From an uncultured archaeon (GTDB taxonomy: Archaea > Iainarchaeota > Iainarchaeia > Iainarchaeales > VGJJ01), in the NCBI GenBank assembly GCA_964557045.1, contig CAZKYB010000001.1, positions 902 to 64,901 on the forward strand: DNA of 64,000 bases, read 5' to 3'. This document shows, piece after piece, positions 25,469-34,712 of the stretch. How positions within the stretch are numbered: the first letter of the stretch is position 1; each line of letters begins with the position of its first letter. Position numbers and translations under genes: made by a program. The notes beneath the pieces are model-generated. The model did not search any database. It had not been told where the DNA came from and saw nothing but the letters and a program-made list of their open reading frames with translations.

Positions 25469-26004
25469 GCGGTGGCCCCCTTGTGTGTGATGTAAATTCC
25501 ATCTTGGAAGACGCGCTGGTCCTTCTTAGGATCGCGCGTGGCTTTTTCCATGTTCGCGGCAGTTTGTGAAACGTGTTCAACGTTGTTTCCGGTGACCGTG
25601 ATATCTTTTCCTTTAATCTCAACTTTGGTTTCCCCAACAATCTTCGAAAGTCGAGGATTCTTTTCTCCCAAATAGTTGGAGATTTCCAAAACGTCACCCT
25701 TGATTTTGATGTTCATCGGAAAGTGAGAGTGAACGACGGCTAACTTGTACGTGTAGCCCTTTTCCAGTCCTCCGATGAGGTTGTGTAAGTGCGCGGCGAA
25801 TGATCGCATGACCGCAACCGTTAATCGTCGGTTGTTGGTGGCCGTAAAGGTGATGTCCTGTCCTTCAAGCTTAACTTTAACGGAAGGAGAGGCCAGGTGC
25901 TTCATGACGTGCTTTCCGCCTTTGGTGAGGGTAAGGTCGCCATGCTCGTATTTGGCGTGGATCCCGGCTGGGATGGTGATTTTGTCGCTTACGTTTTCGG
26001 CCAT
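25465..26004 (-). CDS. rpl6: 50S ribosomal protein uL6
   Basis: 179 aa with the two-repeat L6 pattern (VKVKLEGQDITFTA...GYTYKLAVVHSHFPMNIKIKGD). Conserved operon position. Confidence 0.92.
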   Translation of the reverse strand: MAENVSDKITIPAGIHAKYEHGDLTLTKGGKHVMKHLASPSVKVKLEGQDITFTATNNRRLTVAVMRSFAAHLHNLIGGLEKGYTYKLAVVHSHFPMNIKIKGDVLEISNYLGEKNPRLSKIVGETKVEIKGKDITVTGNNVEHVSQTAANMEKATRDPKKDQRVFQDGIYITHKGATA

Positions 26005-26032
26005 ATGAGTTCAACCCTGGGAATGGTTTATA

Positions 26033-26425
26033 TTAGTACATATACGCGAGCAATCGCCCTCCGATGGCTTTCTGCTTGCTTTCGGTGTGCGTCATGACTC
26101 CCTGCGAAGTCGAGACGATAATGGTTCCAATGTCTCGGGCGGGGAGGTATCGCTTCTCGTACTTTTCGAAGTCGTTCTTGGCGACGGCGTATCGAGGCTT
26201 GATGGCGGCGATCTTGTTGATTTTTCCCGCGAGTGTGACGGTGAACATGGTCTTGTGTCGTTCCTTGTTCTCTTCAAATCCTTCAATGTAGCCCTTCTCC
26301 TGCATGACTCGCAGGATCTGCTTCATGAGTTTGCTTCCCGGATGGACGACTACGTTCTTCTTGGAGGCGTTTTCGCAGTTCTGGATGTGGACCAGCGCGT
26401 CGGCGATTGGATCAATTTGGCTCAT
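26033..26425 (-). CDS. rps8: 30S ribosomal protein uS8
   Basis: DPIADALVHIQNCENASK...GYIEGFEE...GTIIVSTSQGVMTH...GGRLLAYMY. Confidence 0.93.
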   Translation of the reverse strand: MSQIDPIADALVHIQNCENASKKNVVVHPGSKLMKQILRVMQEKGYIEGFEENKERHKTMFTVTLAGKINKIAAIKPRYAVAKNDFEKYEKRYLPARDIGTIIVSTSQGVMTHTESKQKAIGGRLLAYMY

Positions 26426-26441
26426 CGTTTTTTTCCTCCTT

Positions 26442-26633
26442 TTAGCTGTACTTCTTGAATCCCATCATGGGGGCGAATTCCTTGAAGCATCTCCTGCACA
26501 AGTTGAGGCCGTATTTGTGGACCATCCCCTTGTTGTTCTTGCAGTTAACACAATAGGCGTTTCTTCCCGTCTTGGGTCGCTTTTTCTCTTGCTTTTTCAT
26601 TCGGGCTTTGGCTTCATTCATCATAGGCATCAT
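26442..26633 (-). CDS. rps14: 30S ribosomal protein uS14 (zinc-binding type)
   Basis: CVNCKNNKGMVHKYGLNLCRRCFKE. Confidence 0.92.
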   Translation of the reverse strand: MMPMMNEAKARMKKQEKKRPKTGRNAYCVNCKNNKGMVHKYGLNLCRRCFKEFAPMMGFKKYS

Positions 26634-26637
26634 CCCT

Positions 26638-27189
26638 TCACTTGGCGATTTCCTTCTCCAAGACGTTTACTTTGTAATGCTGGTGCATGAAGGCCATGGC
26701 GTCTTCCTTCGTGATGCGGTGCTTCACTCCAATGGCGGAGGGTCGCAATCGTCGCTTCTTGAGTCGATAACCGGGTCGTTCTAAGGTAACCAGTACATCG
26801 AATCCTCGGATTCCCAACTTCGGGTCGTACTTGGCGCCGGGCAAGTCAATGTATTCCTTGACACCGAATCCCAAGTTCCCGTTCTTGTCGAAGTTTCGCT
26901 TGATGAGGTTGTTTTCCTTGGCCTGTAATGCGGTCTTCAGGAACGCCTCGGCTTGCTTCTTTCGCAACGTGACTTTGACTCCAATCGGCAATCCTTCTCG
27001 GATTCCCCACGTGGGAATTTTGACCTTACACTTGGTCTGGACGGGGTTTCCTCCCGTGATTTTCTTGAGGATCTCTCCGGCCTTCTGCAAGGGCTCTCCG
27101 GTCGTACCGACACCCATGTTTACGGTAACCTTTTCGATGCGGATGTTGCGCATGGGATTGTTCTTCTTGTCTTTCTTTTCCGTAGTCAT
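26638..27189 (-). CDS. rpl5: 50S ribosomal protein uL5
   Basis: NPMRNIRIEKVTVNMGVG...GFGVKEYIDLPG...RGFDVLVTL. Confidence 0.93.
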   Translation of the reverse strand: MTTEKKDKKNNPMRNIRIEKVTVNMGVGTTGEPLQKAGEILKKITGGNPVQTKCKVKIPTWGIREGLPIGVKVTLRKKQAEAFLKTALQAKENNLIKRNFDKNGNLGFGVKEYIDLPGAKYDPKLGIRGFDVLVTLERPGYRLKKRRLRPSAIGVKHRITKEDAMAFMHQHYKVNVLEKEIAK

Positions 27190-27929
27190 GCGCTCTTCCC
27201 TCCGCTCATCGTTTGCTTAATCCATTTAGACATGTGATCGTCGATGACCATGACGTTCTTCTTGGTCGTCTGGAAGGATTCTTTCCCTTCCACCAAATCA
27301 ACCAAGGCATCGCGCTTCATGGTGCCGGGAACAATGCTCTGCACTTGGGCGACTTCTCCCACGTGCGTTCCTCCCGTGATGAAGACGTGGCTTCCCTTGG
27401 ACAAGGGCAAGTGGCTCTCCACCTTGGCATGGGACACCAAAACAGAATCTCCGACCTTGACTTTCTCTGAAACCCCTGCGTAGGTGTTTCCGTCGTGCGT
27501 CTGGATCTGGATTTTCTTTCCAGCCGACAAGACTTTGCGCAAAACTTTGGCAGGCTTCGCGGTGACGGGCCCGTTAATCTCGTTGAGCGTCATTCGGCCC
27601 TTCGTGTCTAAGGCTAATCGATAATTTTTCTTCGTGGAGGGAATCGAGACCACGTCGAATACTCCGACGGGGAACTGGTATTCCTTTCGCACCACATTGT
27701 CGACGTGAACAATTCCTTTGGCGAGGACGTGCTTCGTTTCCTTCATGGTTTGAGCGATCTTCAGCATGTCGCGCACAACCAATCCCAAGGGGATGCTCGT
27801 GTCGGCGGTGTGGGCTCCGGGCATGGACTTCACGGTCCAGACGAATTCCTTTCGGGCAATATTGCGAATCGGGTGCGCGGAGATGCGCTTCTGCTTATTG
27901 AGGTGTCCTTTCTTGGCCATAAATTTCAC
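27186..27929 (-). CDS. rps4e: 30S ribosomal protein eS4 (S4e)
   Basis: AKKGHLNKQKRISAHP...PLGLVVRDML...VHVDNVVRKEYQFPVGVFDVVSI. The start may be the MAKKG methionine 3 codons downstream. Confidence 0.93.
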   Translation of the reverse strand: MKFMAKKGHLNKQKRISAHPIRNIARKEFVWTVKSMPGAHTADTSIPLGLVVRDMLKIAQTMKETKHVLAKGIVHVDNVVRKEYQFPVGVFDVVSIPSTKKNYRLALDTKGRMTLNEINGPVTAKPAKVLRKVLSAGKKIQIQTHDGNTYAGVSEKVKVGDSVLVSHAKVESHLPLSKGSHVFITGGTHVGEVAQVQSIVPGTMKRDALVDLVEGKESFQTTKKNVMVIDDHMSKWIKQTMSGGKSA

Positions 27930-28342
27930 TCCTTCTTCCCGACGCTTGCCGTCTTCGTTTTGTGTTCCGTCTTCGGGGTTTCTGTTTTCGTTCCCTTCGT
28001 GGCGCGCTTGAATCGCTTCTTATCTTTCGCGTCGATGGCGGTGATCAGCAAATTGCTGGGTCGGAATGCCAAGAAGGCTTCTTTCCCATCCGCTTTCTTT
28101 CGCATGAGTCCGGTGATGTACACGTTGTTTCGTGCGCGATCAACTTGGTTGATGGCCCCAGTCTTTCCTTTGTAGTCTCCTCGCATGACCTTCACGGTGT
28201 CTCCGACACGAATGGGAAGTCCTCGCGTTCCGTGCTTGGCGCGGAGCTCCTTGGAGAGGTGCCCGGCCATGAGCTTCTGCTGGAGGGTGAGGTCGGCCTC
28301 GTAGACCTTCAATCGCTGTTTACCCGGATTATGCGTCGTCAT
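27926..28342 (-). CDS. rpl24: 50S ribosomal protein uL24 (Lys-rich C-terminal tail)
   Basis: KOW motif: LPIRVGDTVKVMRGDYKGKTGAINQVD. Confidence 0.93.
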   Translation of the reverse strand: MTTHNPGKQRLKVYEADLTLQQKLMAGHLSKELRAKHGTRGLPIRVGDTVKVMRGDYKGKTGAINQVDRARNNVYITGLMRKKADGKEAFLAFRPSNLLITAIDAKDKKRFKRATKGTKTETPKTEHKTKTASVGKKE

Positions 28343-28354
28343 GTTTTGTTCACC

Positions 28355-28753
28355 CTACACGATTCCCGCGGAGATTCCCGCAATTTTGGGGTATCGTTCC
28401 CCGACTTCTTTGGCGATGACTCCTTTGACTTCGGATCCCTTCGGCAATCCCTTTTCATCGACCAAGACAACCGCGTTGTCTTCAAACTTGATTCGCGTTC
28501 CGTCGGGTCGCTTGTATTCTTTTCGCACGCGTACAATAACGGCGCGTTCGACCTTGCTTCGGATGGCGGGCTTTCCGGTTTTCACAACCACATTCACCAT
28601 GTCGGCGATTCCGCCCATGGGCTGCATTCGCTTGCGCGTGGTGTGTCGGAACACCGAGATAATCATGACTTCTTTCGCACCGGAGTTATCGGCACAGAAG
28701 CATCGCGTCAGTCGTGTAAGTGTCTTCGTGGGGGATGCGCTGATGGCTTTCAT
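28355..28753 (-). CDS. rpl14: 50S ribosomal protein uL14
   Basis: FCADNSGAKEVMIISV...AVIVRVRKEYKRPDGTRIKFEDNAVVLVDEKG. Confidence 0.95.
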   Translation of the reverse strand: MKAISASPTKTLTRLTRCFCADNSGAKEVMIISVFRHTTRKRMQPMGGIADMVNVVVKTGKPAIRSKVERAVIVRVRKEYKRPDGTRIKFEDNAVVLVDEKGLPKGSEVKGVIAKEVGERYPKIAGISAGIV

Positions 28754-29130
28754 GCGGTTTCCTCCTTGGTTTCCTTATCGGCTTTGGCTTTCATCTTCAT
28801 TCCTTCGGTCATTTCTTCGTGGGTGGCGGCCGTTTTGGCGTGTCCAACAATTTGTGTGACGATGAAGTTCTTCGTCTTGCTAATCTTGCGCGTTTCGCCA
28901 ATCTTCACAATGTCTCCTTCCTTGGCGTTAATCCATTCCGGGTTGTGGGCGTGGACCTTCGACTTGAGTTTCTTGTATCGCTCAAACTTGGAGACATATA
29001 CCACGATTTCTCGTTCGATGGTAACCATCTTCGGGGTCTTGGCGCTGACGACTTTTCCAACAAGTTCGTTTCCGCGGACCGGATAGGCGTTCTTGTTGTT
29101 GGTGGTCGTGGCTTTGGTTGTTTTAGGCAT
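28750..29130 (-). CDS. rps17: 30S ribosomal protein uS17 (C-terminal extension)
   Basis: LVGKVVSAKTPKMVTIEREIVVYVSKFERYKKLKSKVHAHNP...EGDIVKIGETRKISKTKNF. Confidence 0.93.
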   Translation of the reverse strand: MPKTTKATTTNNKNAYPVRGNELVGKVVSAKTPKMVTIEREIVVYVSKFERYKKLKSKVHAHNPEWINAKEGDIVKIGETRKISKTKNFIVTQIVGHAKTAATHEEMTEGMKMKAKADKETKEETA

Positions 29131-29425
29131 ACAGGACTTTCCCCCCGTTCTTCAATCGCTCAATGGGATTGGATTGCAATTCCGCCCCTTCAATCGTGAT
29201 GGTTTCGCTTCCCAATGTAAAGGCAAACATACTTTCGTGCTTGGGGACTGTTTTCTCTCCCTTGTTTGTTTGAATGGTAAACGTTCGCTGGGTCTCGTCG
29301 ACAATTTTCCCCATGATTCCTTTCTTGTTGGAGTCGACACTTTTCACTACATTCACGTCGAGTCCGATGAGTTCGTGGATGGGAAGGTTTTCCCGCGTGA
29401 TGGTGTAGTTTTTGGTCTTAATCAT
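29123..29425 (-). CDS. rnp1: RNase P protein component 1 (Rpp29/Pop4 homologue)
   Basis: HELIGLDVNVVKSVDSNKKGIMGKIVDETQRTFTIQT..GEKTVPK. Canonical position between rps17 and the SUI1 gene/rpl29. Confidence 0.85.
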   Translation of the reverse strand: MIKTKNYTITRENLPIHELIGLDVNVVKSVDSNKKGIMGKIVDETQRTFTIQTNKGEKTVPKHESMFAFTLGSETITIEGAELQSNPIERLKNGGKVLYA

Positions 29426-29717
29426 GGATTGCGCTCTCCTTGAATCCTTCTTGGATCAGGATTTTTTTCACTTCGGCTTTGTGGTTTCCCTGCAGTTCGA
29501 TTCGTCCTTTCTGCATCGTTCCACCGCATGCCAGTTTGGATTTCAACGTCTTGGCCACTTCCTTTGCGATACTTTCCTCGAGACCTTCGACGATGGTCAA
29601 GTATTTTTTGAATCGTCGTTGTTCTGTTCGAATCGTAATCTTTTGGCTTTCTTTGGCGATCTGTCCGCAAACACAAATGTTCTTGGGCAGTCCGCACGTG
29701 GCGCACATCGTTTCCAT
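29418..29717 (-). CDS. translation initiation factor SUI1 (aSUI1/eIF1 homologue)
   Basis: N-terminal CxxC..CxC knuckle. ITIRTEQRRFKKYLTIVEGL...LAKTLKSKLACGGTMQKGRIELQGNH. Confidence 0.9.
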   Translation of the reverse strand: METMCATCGLPKNICVCGQIAKESQKITIRTEQRRFKKYLTIVEGLEESIAKEVAKTLKSKLACGGTMQKGRIELQGNHKAEVKKILIQEGFKESAIHD

Positions 29718-29719
29718 CC

Positions 29720-29947
29720 TTATTGTTTCACCTCTCCTTTGCTATGAATTTTCAATTCAGCTTCTCGATTTAATGTATGAATTCGCGCGATTTGTCGGCG
29801 CAAGTTTCGGGGTTTTCCCGGACTTTCCGGTCGAGTGTTCGTGGCTTTCACGGCGTTCTCGGCAGCGAGTTCGTTCATGAGTTCGGTAAGCTTCTTCATT
29901 CGCTCAGCCTTTCCCATGTTGCGAATTTCGTTCAATTTCTTGTTCAT
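29720..29947 (-). CDS. rpl29: 50S ribosomal protein uL29
   Basis: 75 aa, helical. LNEIRNMGKAERMKKLTELMNELAAE...RRQIARIHTL. Confidence 0.9.
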   Translation of the reverse strand: MNKKLNEIRNMGKAERMKKLTELMNELAAENAVKATNTRPESPGKPRNLRRQIARIHTLNREAELKIHSKGEVKQ

Positions 29948-30687
29948 GCCGCATCACCCTTTTTGGCGTCTGCTTTTTCGTGAACAATGGCCGCCGCTTT
30001 GTCCTGAACAGGGACCTTGTCCTCAGGGGCGGTAACCGTGGTTCCGGTGGCGGCGGGGCCTTCCTTTACGACGGGATGTTTGCGGTCGTACAATGTTTGT
30101 TTGACGTCAATCTTGTCCGGGAAGAATGTTCCGGGTCGGATGATTCGAACGGTGAGTCCAATGGCTCCCACTTTAGGGTAGGTGGTGACCTTGGCTTCGT
30201 CGACCAATTTGACCTGGTCTCCAACTTTCTTCATGTATCCCTTGATGAATCGGACTTGCTTCTTTCGTCCGCCTTTTCCAGCCAACTTTCCGGTGAGGAT
30301 GACTTCCATTCCCACGGCGCCGGCTCGTTCAATATCTTGCAACGTGCGGAATGCGACGCTTCGCCAGGCGAATCCGCGTTCGATCATTCCCTTCATTTTA
30401 TCAGCGACGGATTTGGCGTCCAAGTCCGGCTGAGTAATTTCCTTGATCTCCAGCTGAGGGTTGTCGACCCCGTAGACTTTCTGGATAGTCTCCGTGAGTG
30501 TTCGGATGTTCTGTCCGCCCTTTCCGATGGCGAGTCCGGGTCGTGAGACGTTCACCACAATTCGGGTGACCATGGGGGTTTTCACCATTTCGAATCCGGT
30601 GAATCCGGCGCGTCCCAATTCCTGCTTCAAGTACTGGTGGAGCTGGACTTTCTTGATGGATTGTTTGACGAAGTGTTTCTCAATCAT
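29944..30687 (-). CDS. rps3: 30S ribosomal protein uS3 (C-terminal extension)
   Basis: KH domain: VVNVSRPGLAIGKGGQNIRTLTE. S3-C: GAVGMEVILTGKLAG. Confidence 0.93.
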   Translation of the reverse strand: MIEKHFVKQSIKKVQLHQYLKQELGRAGFTGFEMVKTPMVTRIVVNVSRPGLAIGKGGQNIRTLTETIQKVYGVDNPQLEIKEITQPDLDAKSVADKMKGMIERGFAWRSVAFRTLQDIERAGAVGMEVILTGKLAGKGGRKKQVRFIKGYMKKVGDQVKLVDEAKVTTYPKVGAIGLTVRIIRPGTFFPDKIDVKQTLYDRKHPVVKEGPAATGTTVTAPEDKVPVQDKAAAIVHEKADAKKGDAA

Positions 30688-31160
30688 GCGCCCACCTCTC
30701 GTACGATGATTTCAATATGGGTAGATTTGGCCTTGCGAGACTTTCCGGAGATTCGTCCCTGGGCCTGATTGTGGATTCGCTGGAATCCAACCGTGGCGTT
30801 GGCGTGGACGACTTGCAACTTTTTCGTGTCCAATCCTTTCACATCGGCGTTGACGCGGACGGTGTTCAACAAGTTCAGCCACACCTTACATGTTCGTTCC
30901 GGGTATCGTCCGGCTTTGGTTCCGTTGATGGCGTTTCCTTTACGGTGAGGAACTTTCTTCGTGTAGGTGCGCAAGGGCAAGTGGGTCTTCTGGTTCATGA
31001 CGTCGGTAAGGAACTTTTCGCTCGCGTCGAGCATTTTTCCTTTCAGCGTGCGGGAGATTTCCAGGCTATACTTCAAGCTTGCCGGCTGGTTCGTCGAGAA
31101 GGCACGGGCCATGCGTTCGGCATCGAACGTCCCTTGATAGTTGTAGTTTGTTTTCGTCAT
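30684..31160 (-). CDS. rpl22: 50S ribosomal protein uL22
   Basis: SLKYSLEISRTLKGK...VHANATVGFQRIHNQAQGRISGKSRKAKSTHIEIIV. Confidence 0.92.
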   Translation of the reverse strand: MTKTNYNYQGTFDAERMARAFSTNQPASLKYSLEISRTLKGKMLDASEKFLTDVMNQKTHLPLRTYTKKVPHRKGNAINGTKAGRYPERTCKVWLNLLNTVRVNADVKGLDTKKLQVVHANATVGFQRIHNQAQGRISGKSRKAKSTHIEIIVREVGA

Positions 31161-31170
31161 ATCAATATCC

Positions 31171-31569
31171 CTACTTCGCCGTGACCGCCGAGCTGGACTT
31201 GGTGGATCCGATTCCGGCCTTTCCGTGCTTGACTTGCTTGCGTGTCAACACGTATTCTCCGAGTCGGTGTCCCATCATTTCCGGTTGAATGTCTAAATTT
31301 TCGAATGAATTTCCCTTGTAAATCTGGAACTTCAATCCCACCATCTGGGGGACAATGACGAAGTGTCGCAAGTGGGTTCGAATCGGCTTGGGCTGCTTTC
31401 CCGCCTTTACTTGCGTGTGGGCATCCGTGATCTTTCCGAGCATCTGCTTGTCCAGTCCTCGCTTGATGGATCGTCGGGCGCTGGCCGTGGTGACCTTGGC
31501 GAAGTCTTCCAGGCTTAATGTCTGGAGCTCGTTGAGCGTCTTTCCCATGTACGTGTATTCTTTCGCCAT
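31171..31569 (-). CDS. rps19: 30S ribosomal protein uS19
   Basis: RSIKRGL...IRTHLRHFVIVPQMVGLKFQIYKGNSFENLDIQPEMMGHRLGEY. Confidence 0.93.
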   Translation of the reverse strand: MAKEYTYMGKTLNELQTLSLEDFAKVTTASARRSIKRGLDKQMLGKITDAHTQVKAGKQPKPIRTHLRHFVIVPQMVGLKFQIYKGNSFENLDIQPEMMGHRLGEYVLTRKQVKHGKAGIGSTKSSSAVTAK

Positions 31570-31583
31570 GTGTGTTCACTCCG

Positions 31584-32306
31584 TCAGTTCTTTCTCCGTC
31601 CAGTTCGGCTGGAAGCAATGGCTCCAACCTTTCGTCCAGCCGGGGCCGATCGGGCCGTCGACTTGGACTTTCCGGGGTGGTGCTGCGAACCCCCAAACGG
31701 GTGAGAGTTCGGGTTCATGGCGACACCGCGGACAATTGAATGGAATTTCTTCTTGGCCTTCTTGGCGTGGGCTTTCTTTCCGGCCTTGATGAAGGGCTTA
31801 TCGACGCGGGTTCCGCCGGAGACACTACCAATGGTAGCTCGTGAGTCCGGGTGGACGCGAATCGTTTTGGTTGAGGGTAATTTGATCAATACATTGTTGG
31901 CTTCCTTGGTAACCACTAATCCGAATACTCCGCTTCCGCGCACGAGTTTTCCGCCGTCACCGGGTCGGATTTCCACGTTGAATACGGGGGCTCCTTCAGG
32001 GATATACTTGACCGGGAGAACGTTTCCGATTTCAATCGCGGCGTCTTTTCCCATTTCGACGCGCTGTCCGAGTTGGACTCCTTCCGCGGCGTAGTTGTAC
32101 ATGGTGACGTTGTTTTCGAGTTTGATGTGGGCCATGACCCCTGTCTTCGTGGGGTCGTCGATCAAGTCAATGACTTGTCCGATGATTTTTCCTTCGTGCT
32201 GAATCGGAGAGTACGGGGCGTACACAACGTCCGCGACTCCGTGGAAGGAGGCTTCGAAGCGGTTGCTTCCTTTTCCTCGTCGTTGCAGGATGAGTCGCTT
32301 ACCCAT
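31584..32306 (-). CDS. rpl2: 50S ribosomal protein uL2
   Basis: GNVLPVKYIPEGAPVFNVEIRPGDGGKLVRGSG...VRGVAMNPNSHPFGGS. Confidence 0.95.
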   Translation of the reverse strand: MGKRLILQRRGKGSNRFEASFHGVADVVYAPYSPIQHEGKIIGQVIDLIDDPTKTGVMAHIKLENNVTMYNYAAEGVQLGQRVEMGKDAAIEIGNVLPVKYIPEGAPVFNVEIRPGDGGKLVRGSGVFGLVVTKEANNVLIKLPSTKTIRVHPDSRATIGSVSGGTRVDKPFIKAGKKAHAKKAKKKFHSIVRGVAMNPNSHPFGGSQHHPGKSKSTARSAPAGRKVGAIASSRTGRRKN

Positions 32307-32307
32307 A

Positions 32308-32706
32308 TTAGATCACTCCGAGTTTGGCGGCGAGTTCTTCGGCCTTGTATTTCTTGTCGAGTTTAACGGAGACTTTCTTTCGTCCCTTCATGTCGTTGAC
32401 CACGTTAATCTTTTCGACTTTGACCTTGTAGAGTTTCTCAACCAACTTTTTGATGTCGGACTTCGTGGCCTTTTCGGTGGCGATGAATGAGATTTTGTTT
32501 TCCTTCTCGATGAGGTTGATGGCTTTTTCCGTCATCAGGGGAAACTTAATCAATCCGAAGTCTTCCAATTCCATTCCGAAGGCTTTCGTTTTCTTGGTTT
32601 CAGCCTTTTCTTCCTTGGCTACCGTCTTGGTTTCCTCGACCTTGGACTTGGCTTTCTCTTCGAGTTTCATTTCCTGGGCGTTGGCCGCCATGGTCTTTTC
32701 GGACAT
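32308..32706 (-). CDS. rpl23: 50S ribosomal protein uL23 with a K/E-rich N-terminal extension of about 45 aa
   Basis: I used ATG 32706, one nt after the rpl4 stop, instead of the ORF-track start, which overlaps rpl4. Core: IKFPLMTEKAINLIEKENKISFIATEKATKSDIKKLVEKLYKVKVEKINVV. Confidence 0.9.
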   Translation of the reverse strand: MSEKTMAANAQEMKLEEKAKSKVEETKTVAKEEKAETKKTKAFGMELEDFGLIKFPLMTEKAINLIEKENKISFIATEKATKSDIKKLVEKLYKVKVEKINVVNDMKGRKKVSVKLDKKYKAEELAAKLGVI

Positions 32707-32707
32707 G

Positions 32708-33514
32708 TTAGTTGGCCCCCTTCTTGGCGAGTGCCTCGACAGCGGCTTCCGTCCAAATCGTGAGTCGTCCGGCCAATGCACCGGGTGCTAAATGCTCGGC
32801 GTTGAGGGACTGAACCTGAACCACGTCGACACCGGGGAGGTTTCGCGCGGCCTTGTACAGGGGCTGCGTTCCGTTGGTGACGATCAACAGGGATTTCTTC
32901 TGTCGGAATCGGTTTCCTCGGTTCTTGTTCTTTCCTGCTCGAACTTGTTTCTTGTCCTTGGCTTTCTGAACGTCTTTCTCGACGTGTAATGCCGTGAGTG
33001 TCTTGATGATGTCTTTGGTCTTGGCCAAACTTTCAACGGAATGATCCACAATCAAAGGGAACATCTTGTCGTCGAACGTGTGTCCGCGTCCCTTCACCAG
33101 GGAAACATTCACGGAGGCGGCGATCGCGGAGGCGATGGCTTTCTTTCGTTCTTTCACATTGATGTGTTCGATGTTCTTCTGTTCCACTTTGGGTCCGTGG
33201 GCAATCGGTCCGCCTCGGGCTTGAGGGACGGCAGCGACTTTACCATACAGGATTCCGCGTCGGTTTCGCAATCGAGGCAATCGGGCGTGTCCCACATTGA
33301 TGGTCTTGAACGGGTTGGGCTTTCCGCGGACACCGATGTATTCCGCGGTGTTGTTTCGTCCGGCTCCTTTCTTGACTCCGAAAGGTTGAACGCGAGTGGT
33401 TTGTACCGCAAGTACGGCGCGCTTAATCAATGAGGGATCGTAGGCCGTGTGGAAAACCGGGGGCAAGGTCATGTCCTTGACTTTCTTTCCTTCCATGGAA
33501 TAAACCGAGGCCAT
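32708..33514 (-). CDS. rpl4: 50S ribosomal protein uL4
   Basis: GAGRNNTAEYIGVRGKPNPFKTINVGHARLPRLRNRR...GGPIAHGPK. Confidence 0.93.
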   Translation of the reverse strand: MASVYSMEGKKVKDMTLPPVFHTAYDPSLIKRAVLAVQTTRVQPFGVKKGAGRNNTAEYIGVRGKPNPFKTINVGHARLPRLRNRRGILYGKVAAVPQARGGPIAHGPKVEQKNIEHINVKERKKAIASAIAASVNVSLVKGRGHTFDDKMFPLIVDHSVESLAKTKDIIKTLTALHVEKDVQKAKDKKQVRAGKNKNRGNRFRQKKSLLIVTNGTQPLYKAARNLPGVDVVQVQSLNAEHLAPGALAGRLTIWTEAAVEALAKKGAN

Positions 33515-34548
33515 TACAACGCACCTCCCGTGGTGGAAACAGACTTGATGGGTCCGATCTTGTATTTGTCAGAGGCATCGGGTCGAATACATTCGCGCAA
33601 TCCCACCAATCGCTTGACGGGTCCGGGGATGCTTCCGGCGATGAGCAAATATTCATTCTGCACAGGGCCATAATGCTCGAATCCCGCCTTGGGGTTGAGC
33701 TTGGCCGTGTCGTGGTCGATCTTCAAAATGCGTTTGTTGAATTCGGTTCGGTTGTGGTATCCCAATTGTCCGGGTCGTGCAACCGAGAATTGCACCGTTC
33801 GAGGGTGTAAAGGTGAGATGGATCCCACCGCACGGATGTACTTGGCCTTAGGTCGGAATGTCTTGACACCAAATCGGGCAACGACTCCTCCGAATCCGAA
33901 TCCGCGAGTAACGGCTTTCACATCGACGTCTTGGGCGTCTTTGAAAACTTCCTTCACGGAAATCGTTTGTCCGAATTTGGACTTAGCGAATGCAATTTGT
34001 TCATCAATGGTTCCGGAGAGGGCCACTTCTCCCATCTCGGCCTTCTTCTTTCCCATGTTGGTTTTCTCAGGGTGGGTGTGGACGAGCAATCGGAGGGCGT
34101 GGATTTCTCCCTTCTTGGCTTCGATGGTTTCAATGGTAAAAGGGGTTTTCGTCGTTTTGTTCTGTGTGTGTTTCTTGTGCGTGGATTTTCGCTTGAAGGA
34201 GGGCATCTTCTGCATTCCGGCCTTCTCGAGCTTGTCAACCGTGACATCTCCCAACGCGTGCATTCCATATGCATCCATCGTGTAGGCGCGAATTCCCATG
34301 ACCCGAACAGGGGGGCATTCTACAACTGTAGTGGGGACTTGGATTTCCATCTTGTCGTTCTTTCCGCCCTGGTGCATGGATTGGGCGTGGACGTGGATCA
34401 TTCCCACTTTGTATCCGAAAAAGTTGAGAGGTTTAGAGGGTCCTTTCATTTCAGGGAATGAGGCGAAACTCGGCGTCTGCTTCGTGGCTCGCTTTCGAGG
34501 GCGATAGGCCAGACTTCCCTTTCTGGGATTGTTACGGGCGCGGGTCAT
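33514..34548 (-). CDS. rpl3: 50S ribosomal protein uL3
   Basis: PRKGSLAYRPRKRA...FFGYKVGMIHV...TRGFGFGGVVARFG...VARPGQLGYHNRTE. Confidence 0.95.
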   Translation of the reverse strand: MTRARNNPRKGSLAYRPRKRATKQTPSFASFPEMKGPSKPLNFFGYKVGMIHVHAQSMHQGGKNDKMEIQVPTTVVECPPVRVMGIRAYTMDAYGMHALGDVTVDKLEKAGMQKMPSFKRKSTHKKHTQNKTTKTPFTIETIEAKKGEIHALRLLVHTHPEKTNMGKKKAEMGEVALSGTIDEQIAFAKSKFGQTISVKEVFKDAQDVDVKAVTRGFGFGGVVARFGVKTFRPKAKYIRAVGSISPLHPRTVQFSVARPGQLGYHNRTEFNKRILKIDHDTAKLNPKAGFEHYGPVQNEYLLIAGSIPGPVKRLVGLRECIRPDASDKYKIGPIKSVSTTGGAL

Positions 34549-34712
34549 TCGTTATACCATCCAATTCCATGATTGTGAGGCAGACGTAAATAGCGCCAAA
34601 AATAGGATTATTTTGGGCGGCATTTACCACACACTTTCGTCGTGGCAGTCTACCTCGTTATATCCAATTTTCCCCCGGGAAACGTATATAAAGCAACCGT
34701 TGAGGCCGGGTA

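Noticed and set aside
27962-29086. 374-aa plus-strand ORF
   Set aside because: It is antisense to rpl24, rpl14 and rps17. No motif is present. It is an artefact of stop-poor antisense frames in these GC-balanced genes.
31157-31696. 179-aa minus-strand ORF overlapping rps19 and the end of rpl2
   Set aside because: It is an alternative frame of two certain ribosomal protein genes, and its product is Arg/Pro-rich nonsense.
34549-34712. 164-nt spacer upstream of rpl3, considered for a small RNA gene
   Set aside because: It contains only AT-rich TATA-like boxes (minus-strand TATTTA near 34587-34592, TTTATATA near 34684-34692) and no convincing stable fold. It is most simply the promoter and leader of the S10/spc operon.
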